The notes beneath the pieces are model-generated. The model did no database searches and was not told where the DNA came from. It was given only the letters and a program-made list of their open reading frames with translations. Positions 39,383 through 48,241 of a DNA stretch of 64,000 nt are shown in pieces. The stretch comes from Acidobacteriota bacterium. GTDB lineage: Bacteria; Acidobacteriota; UBA6911. The stretch is taken from contig OY761556.1 of the NCBI GenBank assembly GCA_963664705.1, forward strand, positions 2,496,001 through 2,560,000, written 5' to 3'. Positions within the stretch are counted from its first letter, which is position 1, and every line of letters starts with the position of its first letter. The position numbers and the translations under genes were made by a program.

Positions 39383-40821
39383 TGAAAGACGACCTGATAC
39401 TTCTCGTACCTCAGCTGATCCTGATTATCGCCGGGATGGCGCTTATGTTGCTCGAGCCGTTTACAGCAGCCGGGCGAAAGTCGCGTCTTGGCAGGATTGC
39501 GGTTCTCGCCGCCGCTATTGCAGCCTACAGCCTGCAGTTTCAGTCCGGGCATCCGCGAACCATTCTTCATGGGATGCTGATCATCGACAACTTCGGCATT
39601 TTCTTCCAATATCTCTTCATCATCATCGCCGGGATTTGCGCATTTCTATCCATCGGGTTCAACGCGAGGGAGTCGATCGAACGCGGCGAATACTACGCCC
39701 TGCTGCTGTTTGCCTGTTCGGGCATGTCGCTAATGGCATTGAGCGGAGATCTCATTCTGACCTTCCTGGGAATAGAAATCCTTTCCATCGCCACTTATAT
39801 CCTGGCCGGCTTCAAACGTAACGATATCCGATCCAATGAATCATCCCTGAAATACTTCCTGCTTGGATCGTTTGCCACCGCCATCCTTCTGTATGGAATC
39901 GCTTTGATCTATGGCGGAACCGGGACGACCAACTATCAGGCGATACGGGAATTGGGTTCGCTGGCAGGGACGGCTCAGACAACGACATTTATCGGCTTCG
40001 CGCTGCTGCTCGTTGGCTTTGGATTCAAGGTCGCGCTGGTTCCCTTTCATTCCTGGGTCCCGGATGTCTATGAAGGCGCGCCGACACCGGTTACAGCATT
40101 CATGGCTGTGGGCCCCAAAGCAGCGGGATTTGCCGCGTTGCTCCGGGTACTGATCCAGGTTTTCCCGAATATGTCGCTGGACTGGACCTCCATCCTGTGG
40201 GTGCTGGCAATCCTGACGATGACACTCGGGAATGTCGTTGCGCTATTGCAGACCAATATCAAGCGGATGCTGGCCTATTCCGCCATTGCCCATGCCGGCT
40301 ATATCCTGGTGGGGATCGTTCCCAACAGCCACACGGGATTCAGCGCCGTTCTTTTCTACCTGGTCGTCTATACGGTCATGAACCTGGTGGCCTTTGGCAT
40401 CATCATTGCGGTGAGCGGCACAGGCGATATGAAGGTGCATTTGGACGATTTCGCAGGACTGGGAAGACGGGCTCCCTTTGCGGCGGCCGCGCTGTCTTTC
40501 GCCCTTGTCTCTCTGGCGGGCATTCCATTGACCGGCGGATTTATCGGCAAGTTTTATCTGTTCAGCGCCGCGATTCAAAAAGGACTCGTCGGGCTGGCGA
40601 TTGTCGGCGTCCTGAACAGCGTGGTCTCGGTCTATTATTACTTTCGCGTAATGATCTATATGTACATGCGGGAGCCGGCTGAAGGCGCGCCGGAGCTGGA
40701 ACCCATCGGATGGCCGGTCCAGGCCATCGTAGGCATCCTCGTTATTATCATCTTGTTCTTAGGCATCCGCCCGGATCACATCCTTGCTCTTGCCGGTTCC
40801 TCCAGCCTTGCCCTAAAATAG
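39379..40821 (+). CDS. nuoN: NADH-quinone oxidoreductase subunit N
   Basis: ESSLKYFLLG, PFHSWVPDVYEGAPTP and KRMLAYSAIAHAGY motifs. Confidence 0.96.
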   Translation: MMKDDLILLVPQLILIIAGMALMLLEPFTAAGRKSRLGRIAVLAAAIAAYSLQFQSGHPRTILHGMLIIDNFGIFFQYLFIIIAGICAFLSIGFNARESIERGEYYALLLFACSGMSLMALSGDLILTFLGIEILSIATYILAGFKRNDIRSNESSLKYFLLGSFATAILLYGIALIYGGTGTTNYQAIRELGSLAGTAQTTTFIGFALLLVGFGFKVALVPFHSWVPDVYEGAPTPVTAFMAVGPKAAGFAALLRVLIQVFPNMSLDWTSILWVLAILTMTLGNVVALLQTNIKRMLAYSAIAHAGYILVGIVPNSHTGFSAVLFYLVVYTVMNLVAFGIIIAVSGTGDMKVHLDDFAGLGRRAPFAAAALSFALVSLAGIPLTGGFIGKFYLFSAAIQKGLVGLAIVGVLNSVVSVYYYFRVMIYMYMREPAEGAPELEPIGWPVQAIVGILVIIILFLGIRPDHILALAGSSSLALK

Positions 40822-40846
40822 AGCTTTCCCCTTTTTGGAGTGGGTC

Positions 40847-41317
40847 ATGATTGATGTAAAGAAGCGATTGCAGGATGAGTTGAATGTCATTGAGCGGGAA
40901 CTGCGTGTGGATTTGCCGAAGGAGATTCTGCGGGCGCGCGAGCACGGCGATCTCAGCGAGAACGCGGAGTACAAATCCGCTAAAGAGAGGCAATCGTTCC
41001 TGGAAGGGCGAAAAGCGCAGCTGCAACAGCGCCTGGCGGCTCTATCGCTGGTCAACCTGGATAAGATACCAAACGACCGGGCGGCCTACGGCTCCAAGGT
41101 AGTTCTCTACGAATACGAAACGGAAAAAGAGGTTGAATACCGGCTGGTTTCGGCCGAGGAATCCGATATCAACAAGGGTTTGATTTCCATTACATCCCCG
41201 ATTGGACGCAGCATTGTGGGAAAGATGGTGGGCGACAGCATCGAGATCAAGACACCCTCCGGAACCAAGGACTTCGAAATGCGGGGCCTCCGCACCATCC
41301 ACGAAATCGAGGAATAA
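40847..41317 (+). CDS. greA: Transcription elongation factor GreA
   Basis: AREHGDLSENAEY and ISITSPIGR motifs. GGAG RBS before ATG 40847. Confidence 0.95.
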   Translation: MIDVKKRLQDELNVIERELRVDLPKEILRAREHGDLSENAEYKSAKERQSFLEGRKAQLQQRLAALSLVNLDKIPNDRAAYGSKVVLYEYETEKEVEYRLVSAEESDINKGLISITSPIGRSIVGKMVGDSIEIKTPSGTKDFEMRGLRTIHEIEE

Positions 41318-41369
41318 GCCGCCGCAGCGCCCCGCAAGGGGCCTGTCTGCTTGCCCGGCGCTCCCGGCA

Positions 41370-41695
41370 GGTACTCCCCGGTCCTAGTCTGGAATCCCCG
41401 AAATCTGGAATTCTACAAATAAACCTGGTTTTTGTCCCAAACCGGTCAAGTCAGGAGTACTCTCCGGCCCTTGTCTGGAATCCGAAATCTGGAATCCGGA
41501 ATCCCGCAAATAATGCCTGGCTGGACCTGTTTGATACAAAAAAGCAGGTTCCCTATTTTAAAAAGGCTTATAAATTGCAGATCCCACCGGTAGCCACCTC
41601 AAAACGTGGTTACTACTTCGGTCAAGTCAGGAGTACTCTCCGGCCTTTGTCTGGAATCTGAAATCTGGAATCTGGAATCTAAAACTCTGCAAATA
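41370..41695. repeat. Three degenerate direct repeats containing GGAATCT heptamers
   Basis: CGGTCAAGTCAGGAGTACTCTCCGGCC(C/T)TTGTCTGGAATC at 41443 and 41619, with a partial copy at 41370. Confidence 0.8.
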
Positions 41696-41722
41696 GCGCA
41701 TTCGCCGGCGGCGGGAATACTT

Positions 41723-41763
41723 CCTCGAAGGCTCAGAAGCGCCAGCCTTCCGAGCCTTCGAGG
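41723..41763. terminator. Hairpin downstream of atpE
   Basis: 12-bp stem CCTCGAAGGCTC...GAGCCTTCGAGG. Confidence 0.5.
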
Positions 41764-41792
41764 TGTATCGATTCAACAAAAGCTTGCGGAAA

Positions 41793-42113
41793 CTACATAA
41801 GAAGCAGGATTACGACAAACGTCAGCAGCGCCAGGAACTCGATGAAGGCAAGTCCCAGAATCAGGAATAACCTGATCGTATCGGTGGCACCAGGGTTGCG
41901 CGATACTCCTTCGCACGCGGCGGTCAGAGCACGGCTCTGTGCATAACCGCATCCTGCGGCCGCGATGGCCATGGCAAATGCGGAAGCAATGATCAACCAT
42001 TGGCTCTTCCCTGCGGCTGGCGCGGCACCCGCTTCCTGTGCAAATACCGGAACAACCCCAACGAGAAGAATCACCGCAATCAATAATCCCAAAACAGACT
42101 TTCTGCCCATCAA
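41793..42113 (-). CDS. atpE: F0F1 ATP synthase subunit c with N-terminal signal-like extension
   Basis: Helical hairpin with RNP loop and the conserved Glu in GLAFIEF. Confidence 0.93.
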   Translation of the reverse strand: MMGRKSVLGLLIAVILLVGVVPVFAQEAGAAPAAGKSQWLIIASAFAMAIAAAGCGYAQSRALTAACEGVSRNPGATDTIRLFLILGLAFIEFLALLTFVVILLLM

Positions 42114-42164
42114 ATTCTCCTTTCGTTTTCACTCGAGAGCAGCCGAAGCAATTTGCAGCCCCTT

Positions 42165-42941
42165 TTAGGCTGCCGGCGTTGGAACCTCTGATTTATGCGT
42201 CGCATCGTGGTGGCTGGCATGAGCTTCCTCCACGGCGCCGGAAATGTAGACCATAGTTAACAGTATGAAAATAAATGCCTGAATGGTGCTGGCAAAAAGA
42301 GCCAGGAACATAACAGGGATGGATGCAAGAAATGGAACGATATTGTTGAGCGATTTGATGATCAGTTCTTCCGCGAAGATATTGCCGAAGAGACGAATGC
42401 TCAGCGACATCGGACGGGCCATGTGACTGATCAGCTCGATGATGAAAAGAAACGGCGCCATCCACAGCACCGGGCCTGCGAAGTGCTTGAGATAGCCAAG
42501 GACTCCCTGCTTCCGGAAACCATGATAGTTGTAGTAGATGAAAACGCAGATGGCACATGCGGCGGTGATATTGTAATTGCTGGTCGGAGAGAGGAATCCC
42601 GGAACCAGACCGATGAGATTCCCGACCAGGATATAGAGTGCCAACGTCATAATAATCGGGATGAAACGGCTGCTTTCCTTGCCGATGACTTCGCCCATAA
42701 GACCGCGAACAGCCTGGAATGCAACCTCGACCAGGTGCTGAATACCACTTGGGTTGTCGACGCTGAGCCGCCGCCGCAGCCACCATGAAAACGTGATGAG
42801 CCCGAGGGCTACGAGCAGGATCATGACAATGTGATCCGGCACGGCATGATGCCCTTCTCCGATATGGACTCCCATTGCCTTCGCAATAGGGTCAAACAGT
42901 ATCCGGTTAAGAAATACCGCGACAGGCGCTGATTCGTGCAT
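42165..42941 (-). CDS. atpB: F0F1 ATP synthase subunit a
   Basis: NLIGLVPG and ARPMSLSIRLFGNIFAEE motifs. Confidence 0.96.
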   Translation of the reverse strand: MHESAPVAVFLNRILFDPIAKAMGVHIGEGHHAVPDHIVMILLVALGLITFSWWLRRRLSVDNPSGIQHLVEVAFQAVRGLMGEVIGKESSRFIPIIMTLALYILVGNLIGLVPGFLSPTSNYNITAACAICVFIYYNYHGFRKQGVLGYLKHFAGPVLWMAPFLFIIELISHMARPMSLSIRLFGNIFAEELIIKSLNNIVPFLASIPVMFLALFASTIQAFIFILLTMVYISGAVEEAHASHHDATHKSEVPTPAA

Positions 42942-42943
42942 AG

Positions 42944-43318
42944 TTACCTGGGACCGCCTTTAATAGCTTCCAGAATAGCCTCTAGGAAAACGCCGCAACC
43001 GAAAACTGCAAATCCTGCAATTGCAGCGATAACCCCGGAAAAAAAGATACGCATGATAACATACAGACCAATAGGAATCAACAAAAGGCGCAAAATGTAG
43101 GAGGCCACGGTCCGGAATTTCGGATTTTCGGAACGGCGGAGGGCAGCGTTGATGCTATTTCGCAGCATGACGATGTTTATGGCCGCGAGCAATCCGCCGG
43201 CCATAAAGCAAATTCCGCGGGGGAAACCGAAGATTAATGCTGTGCCGATGGTTCCGGCCAGGACAAGGATCGCTCCCATTCGAAAAGACCGGGACTCGAA
43301 CACTTCATGGGTTGTCAT
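42944..43318 (-). CDS. atpI: ATP synthase protein I
   Basis: 4-TM protein directly upstream of atpB. ATG at 43318. Confidence 0.8.
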   Translation of the reverse strand: MTTHEVFESRSFRMGAILVLAGTIGTALIFGFPRGICFMAGGLLAAINIVMLRNSINAALRRSENPKFRTVASYILRLLLIPIGLYVIMRIFFSGVIAAIAGFAVFGCGVFLEAILEAIKGGPR

Positions 43319-43535
43319 CCTTGTTCCTTTGGTCTTTAGCCAGAATCTGAATAATTTCGTAAAAGCCGACAACGGCCCCCACCAGGGTGAGACTGATGGT
43401 ACCCCAGGGATAGCTCTGAAAAAAGCGATCAATGATATAGCGTCCGAGAATCCAGCCTGCCGCCATCGAGCTTGGGAGGGTCAGGATTACGGATGAAAGT
43501 CGTCCCAGACGGGCATAGAAGGACGGACCCGGCAA
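43305..43535 (-). CDS. AtpZ/AtpI-family (ATPase gene 1) small membrane protein
   Basis: GWILGRYIIDRFFQSYPWG..G..GFY pattern. TTG start after AAGGAG. Confidence 0.75.
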   Translation of the reverse strand: MPGPSFYARLGRLSSVILTLPSSMAAGWILGRYIIDRFFQSYPWGTISLTLVGAVVGFYEIIQILAKDQRNKDDNP

Positions 43536-43672
43536 AGGCAGCTCCTTCCCTGGTTGCCGGTCAAAGAAGGTATCCCGACCGGTATTATCGAAAATAAATA
43601 TTAACCAGATCGGCCGTTTCGCACAATTTCTCTTTGGTGGATTGAAAGAACTTTGGTAGGCTTCATGCCTGA

Positions 43673-43766
43673 GGAGAGGTACCGAAGAGGTCGTAACGGG
43701 CTCGACTCGAAATCGAGTTAGGGACCAAAAGTCTCTACGTGGGTTCGAATCCCACCCTCTCCGCCA
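43673..43766 (+). tRNA. tRNA-Ser(CGA); probable prophage integration site
   Basis: GGAGAGG/CCTCTCC acceptor stem, anticodon arm CTCGA-CT-CGA-AA-TCGAG, long variable arm, GGTTCGAATCC T-loop, encoded CCA. Confidence 0.97.
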
Positions 43767-43794
43767 AAACCTTTGCATTTACTGCAGTTTACAG

Positions 43795-44955
43795 TCACTC
43801 ACGATTTCCGGAAACTCCATTCGAAATTTGATCCGCTGAAGTCGCTGTGGTAATATTGTGGGGATCCTGCGGCTCCTCCTTTATCCCCACGACCTTCAGG
43901 ATGTCCCTTCTGGCCGCATTACCAATCCGATTTCCACTCATTGCCTCATATGCAGCCCTGATTTCCTCCTCCTCGGGATGGACATACCGATAGGTCATCG
44001 CGATCGTTGAATGCCCAGCCGCCTTCGCGACTGCATAAGGATTTCTGCACGACTTCGCCAGCCTGGTAAGCGCGGTGTGCCTCAGACAATAGGGCTCGAA
44101 CGACTCCACCCCGCTCCTCTCCAGAGCCCCATGATGCCAGTCGAAAACCCGCTGCTGACCGTACGGCTTGCCCTTCCTCTCGGGGTCGGGCGACGGAAAC
44201 AGCCATCCGGATTTCGGCCAGCTAATCTGGTCCAGCCATCGCTTTAGTGCCAGGTACACGGCATCGACCATTGGCAGGTCCCGCTTCGCAGCCTTGGATT
44301 TCCCTGACCGTACATGGATGACAAACCGCTCAAGATCTGCGTCGTCCACTTTCAGCTGAAAAACCTCGCCCGGCCTGAGGTCCTGGTTGACGATAATTGT
44401 GGCCATCGTGCGCCACGGCTCCGTGCAGGCCTCGAGGTATTTCGACTCCTCATCTGGTGTGATGACGCGATCTCGCATCCTCTCCCCCGGCGCCAGTTTT
44501 ATCACAGTCTTCCTCTGCAGTTTCCCCCACTCGAACGCCAGGTTCAGCGCCCGCCTTAGGGTTCGTAGAGACTGGTTCATTCCCGAAGCTGACAATTTCT
44601 CGTGCTCCAGCTTGAACTCCGCTATATTCGCGCCGCAGATTTCGTCTATCGGCTGCTTACCGATCTTCGATCCCTGCAGCTTGATAGATCCATACTTGTA
44701 GTAATCGAGGGTATTCGGCTTCTCCTTGTGCTCGACCGTGACGAACGGATCGAAATCATGCTTGAGGAAGTCCTTCAGCAGTGGGGCCGGCCCTGCCTTC
44801 AGGATACCGATGTTTCCGAGCCTCAATTCCTTGCGGAGGCCGTTCTCATATTGCCGGGCGTCTTCCTTATTGGTCATGCCAGTCGAGTCCCGATATCTCC
44901 TACCCTCGATCATGAGTTCGCACCACCAGATTTTTCCTCTCTTGTAAAGGGCCAT
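43795..44955 (-). CDS. Tyrosine recombinase/phage integrase
   Basis: Arm-binding N-terminus LYKRGKIWW, catalytic LRPGE, K, YCLRH, GHS and Y. Confidence 0.95.
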   Translation of the reverse strand: MALYKRGKIWWCELMIEGRRYRDSTGMTNKEDARQYENGLRKELRLGNIGILKAGPAPLLKDFLKHDFDPFVTVEHKEKPNTLDYYKYGSIKLQGSKIGKQPIDEICGANIAEFKLEHEKLSASGMNQSLRTLRRALNLAFEWGKLQRKTVIKLAPGERMRDRVITPDEESKYLEACTEPWRTMATIIVNQDLRPGEVFQLKVDDADLERFVIHVRSGKSKAAKRDLPMVDAVYLALKRWLDQISWPKSGWLFPSPDPERKGKPYGQQRVFDWHHGALERSGVESFEPYCLRHTALTRLAKSCRNPYAVAKAAGHSTIAMTYRYVHPEEEEIRAAYEAMSGNRIGNAARRDILKVVGIKEEPQDPHNITTATSADQISNGVSGNRE

Positions 44956-45186
44956 CTATCTTTCTCCTCCATTGACTAGATCTTCTACATACTGCCGCAA
45001 GTCGCAAATCCTGTAGCAGCAATGCTTTCCGATCATATGCCACTTCGGCCCTTTATTCTCCCTTTTTAACCTCTTTAGTGTCCTTTCAGACACCCGCAGG
45101 TATTGGGCAGCCTCGGACATGATGAGAATCTCCGGCGGGTTGTGGAGCGGCTCCGGACCGCTTTCACCATTAAATTGCCTGCTCAT
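44956..45186 (-). CDS. Excisionase-like helix-turn-helix protein
   Basis: ILIMSEAAQYLRVSERTL...GPKW...YRICDL, abutting the integrase. Confidence 0.85.
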   Translation of the reverse strand: MSRQFNGESGPEPLHNPPEILIMSEAAQYLRVSERTLKRLKRENKGPKWHMIGKHCCYRICDLRQYVEDLVNGGER

Positions 45187-45222
45187 CGATCAAATTCTCC
45201 CGCAGCTGCCTCCAGAGCAGCA

Positions 45223-45714
45223 TCACTTCGGCGCAGTTTCATCGACCAATCCCATTTGGACTTGCTCGGCCGGCTGCGGCGCTTGGTAAGCCTCCGCAAA
45301 TGTCAGCTGCGTCCCTGCCATGATCGGACGCACTTGTTCGAGTGCATCCCGGTAGGAATCAAGTTTTTGCTGGGCGCGGCGCACGTTCTCTTCCCGTATC
45401 CGCTGTCCGGCAATAAGATCGTCCCATCGAGCTTTGGTCACCTGCATATAGGAATAGCTGCCATCCTGTTCCGGTATGGCAATGATTCTTGGGAAACCAA
45501 ATAAATTAGGCTCGTCCCGTTCGGTTTCGATTTTGGCCAGTTGATTGAGATAGCGTTTGATCGCCGCGAAAATCAACCAATGGCTTTGCCGAGCAATCAG
45601 ATCTGGATAGGCATTCTGAATTCTCTCAGCCACCTCCGGTATCCTGGCCTTGCGCTCGTCGTTCAAAGCCGCATACCATGTTTCGCGTATCGCTCTTCTA
45701 AGTGCGTTGGCCAT
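45223..45714 (-). CDS. Phage hypothetical protein
   Basis: Co-oriented in the early operon, overlaps the upstream ORF, GGAG RBS. Confidence 0.7.
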   Translation of the reverse strand: MANALRRAIRETWYAALNDERKARIPEVAERIQNAYPDLIARQSHWLIFAAIKRYLNQLAKIETERDEPNLFGFPRIIAIPEQDGSYSYMQVTKARWDDLIAGQRIREENVRRAQQKLDSYRDALEQVRPIMAGTQLTFAEAYQAPQPAEQVQMGLVDETAPK

Positions 45715-46579
45715 TTGATCTCCATGCCGCGAGAAATCGGCCCAGCCAAGTTCGGGCTAGTTCGCAATTGATGATTGTAGGCTGGTGTATATAACCGCTG
45801 TGGCGTTCGGCGAAAGCTGCCGGCTCACCCAATCGCTCTGCGATATCCTCTACGAGTCGTGAGAGTTCCCCACGCTGGCGCATCATCTCAGTCGAAAGCG
45901 CCGCTTTCTGCTCTTCGCTCATCCAGGCGGTCGCCTGCTCGAATTCGGCCTGCGATTCTTCGGCCAATTGTCGAAGTTGGGCTTTGAAAGCATTTCCGGT
46001 CAGCTTTTTATAAGCCCCATGCACATTGCCGGTTTTATCCATTTCCTCAGCAATGGCATTACAATGCTCTGGATCTCTTCTGGCGGCATCGAGGACCGCC
46101 TTTGCCTTTGCAAGAGTCGGACGTGACATGCCGACTGCCGAGGCGACCTGGTCGGCTGTTTTTGCTTTGGTGGTTGGTGAAAATTTTTCCCCAACTGGTT
46201 TCCCGTGCTGGGTTGCTCTTCCTTTTTCCTGACCGAGTCGCTGGCGCTCCTTCGCAGCCTTGCGCTCCAGCGGTTCCAGCCGCTCCGACATCGCGACCGC
46301 CTCACTCGGAGTGAAGTCTTTCCGCTCGGTGTTTTCATCCCGCTCGGCCAGTAAAAGGGTAAGCGCATCCTCCAGAGAATCAACGACTGTATGAGGGATT
46401 TCCGTTCTCCCCAGTTGCACAAATGCAGCAATTCTCCTGGCGCCGGCGATAAGGGTTCCATCGTTACACACTACGATCGGATGCAGCAGTCCTACTGCCT
46501 CGATGCTTCGGGTAAGAGAGCATATATCCCCGAGGTTCTTGCGAGCCCTGTCACTGATTTTTATGTCTGCGATTTTCAC
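45698..46579 (-). CDS. ParB/Srx N-terminal domain protein with HTH
   Basis: SIEAVGLLHPIVV, LIAGARRIAA and ENTERKDFTPSE motifs. Confidence 0.88.
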   Translation of the reverse strand: MKIADIKISDRARKNLGDICSLTRSIEAVGLLHPIVVCNDGTLIAGARRIAAFVQLGRTEIPHTVVDSLEDALTLLLAERDENTERKDFTPSEAVAMSERLEPLERKAAKERQRLGQEKGRATQHGKPVGEKFSPTTKAKTADQVASAVGMSRPTLAKAKAVLDAARRDPEHCNAIAEEMDKTGNVHGAYKKLTGNAFKAQLRQLAEESQAEFEQATAWMSEEQKAALSTEMMRQRGELSRLVEDIAERLGEPAAFAERHSGYIHQPTIINCELARTWLGRFLAAWRSNGQRT

Positions 46580-46646
46580 TGCTCGTCTCCTGAACTCCCG
46601 ACCTCGAGCGCGATCTTGACGTCATCCACCGCCCGGTTTATCCCTA

Positions 46647-47213
46647 TCATGAGTGCTTAATTCCTTTTTCCCATTTCGGTATGAGATTTCCAGCTGTTCT
46701 GCGGATCGAAAGCATTTGCTTTTGGTCTATGAGAACAATTTTTATCCCGGGATAAAAGTGAGCCATACGCTTAAGTTTCGTGGCGCTGCGCGGATCCATC
46801 CATCCTTTGACTTCATGATATTCAATAGACCCATCCCAATTGACTACTTTGAAGTCTGGAGTGTAAAACCTATTTCCGCGTTTGATTCCATTGAACTCGA
46901 ACGTTTCAGCCTCGTATTCCCATGACCGGATCTCTCGTGCCTTTAAAAGGACATCCAGATATCTGGCGTAGTTTGCTTCCCATGTTGATCTCAAATAAAT
47001 GCCGAGATCTTCTCTGAATCCGCCTTTGCCCCTCCTGCCAATGGTTCTCAGAAACTTACTCGGGCTAATAGCCATTTCTCTTGTCCTGCAATCGTTGGAG
47101 CTCAACACGATTTGACGAATCCTGCGGCTCCATCCCTTCTCGGGCAGCCTTTTGATGCAGAACCGCGCGAAGAGGTTCTCCTCAGATTCGCTAATATGCT
47201 TGCTGTGCATCAT
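46647..47213 (-). CDS. PD-(D/E)XK endonuclease (DUF1064-like)
   Basis: RSTWEANYARYL, WEYE, YTPDF and EVKGW motifs. Confidence 0.8.
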   Translation of the reverse strand: MMHSKHISESEENLFARFCIKRLPEKGWSRRIRQIVLSSNDCRTREMAISPSKFLRTIGRRGKGGFREDLGIYLRSTWEANYARYLDVLLKAREIRSWEYEAETFEFNGIKRGNRFYTPDFKVVNWDGSIEYHEVKGWMDPRSATKLKRMAHFYPGIKIVLIDQKQMLSIRRTAGNLIPKWEKGIKHS

Positions 47214-48238
47214 GAAACCTTCGTGATCGTCAGAGTGAACCGTCCCTTCGGATCGACTGTCTGGTAGAGCTTCTTAACTTTGGCTGGCGTATTGTCCTTT
47301 GTTGACTTGCTGAACTTCCCCTCGAGCAAAAATTTACCGGCGATGGCCAGTTCGACGCCGCGGAGCCTTGTTTTGATGTCCTTGTCGATGCGAGCAAATT
47401 CATCTGCGGCATCCTCCAGCTCATGGCGCCGCTCAAGCATCTTCTCAACCTCTGGATCTGTAATGACCTGAGAGCCTTCGCCCGACATCAGCGGGGGATT
47501 ACAAGCCGATCCATAGAAAGCGCATCGCCTGCACTCAGCGGCATCCGCGATGTAATCGGGCGTCGTTCCAGCCTCCTTGTGGTCGAGAACTCGTTCGGCC
47601 TTGGCTAGGAATTCCTCCATGCGGCCGAGGTTGGGAAGGAGTTCAACGGCGATCAGTTTGGGAAGCCCCGGGCGAGGAAGAAGCAGGAATCCATATTGTT
47701 CTCCTGCAGCGTATAAATAGCAGAGGAGCTGAAATCCGCCTTTCCGAGCCCATTGGTTCTCGAAGACATCGTCGAAGCAGTTGATTTTATTGGTAAGGTG
47801 GACATCCCAGTCCTTGATTTCCACGGGCGGCTTCGCCTGCCGATGCCCATATTCGAGCCGCAAATCTACCTTGCCAACGATCGCGATTCGTCCCTTGTGA
47901 TCACGGAGTTCGAATCGCTCCTGCTGGCCGATGACCGAGAATCTCGGATCTGAGAACTGGCCCACCCGCGTCAGATCGATGATCATGTTCCGCTCGCGAT
48001 CCTTGCCCCTCTTGAACCGTGCCAGCGTTTCCGTAGGAAAAGGGATGACCTTGTCGCCGGCGATCATCAGCAGAAGAAGCTTGCGGTCGCATGGTTCATA
48101 ACTGCCGGCATAGGTATATTGGCGATTCGAGGGCGTCTGTCGCTCCTCAGCCTGGATGTATTGCTCCCACCCGCGCATTATCGAATCAGCGAAAGTCTGT
48201 GCATCCTGAGGCATCTTAGAGAGTTCCGCGGCTGTCAT
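47210..48238 (-). CDS. Cas4-like/PD-(D/E)XK exonuclease with Fe-S cysteine set
   Basis: N-terminal PCDRK, GKVD..EIK, QLLCY and C-terminal CRRCAFYGSAC. Confidence 0.8.
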   Translation of the reverse strand: MTAAELSKMPQDAQTFADSIMRGWEQYIQAEERQTPSNRQYTYAGSYEPCDRKLLLLMIAGDKVIPFPTETLARFKRGKDRERNMIIDLTRVGQFSDPRFSVIGQQERFELRDHKGRIAIVGKVDLRLEYGHRQAKPPVEIKDWDVHLTNKINCFDDVFENQWARKGGFQLLCYLYAAGEQYGFLLLPRPGLPKLIAVELLPNLGRMEEFLAKAERVLDHKEAGTTPDYIADAAECRRCAFYGSACNPPLMSGEGSQVITDPEVEKMLERRHELEDAADEFARIDKDIKTRLRGVELAIAGKFLLEGKFSKSTKDNTPAKVKKLYQTVDPKGRFTLTITKVS

Positions 48239-48241
48239 CGG

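Noticed and set aside
41370-41695. Possible CRISPR array
   Set aside because: Only 2-3 long units with irregular spacing and internal heptamers; no cas genes or uniform spacers.
43795-44955. Integrase inactive because HxxR reads YxxR
   Set aside because: Substitution at this first His is a tolerated variant; R, K, R, H and Y are all present.
47210-48238. Cas4-like gene as evidence of a CRISPR system
   Set aside because: No cas1/cas2 or array; it sits in a phage recombination operon, where solo Cas4-like exonucleases are common.
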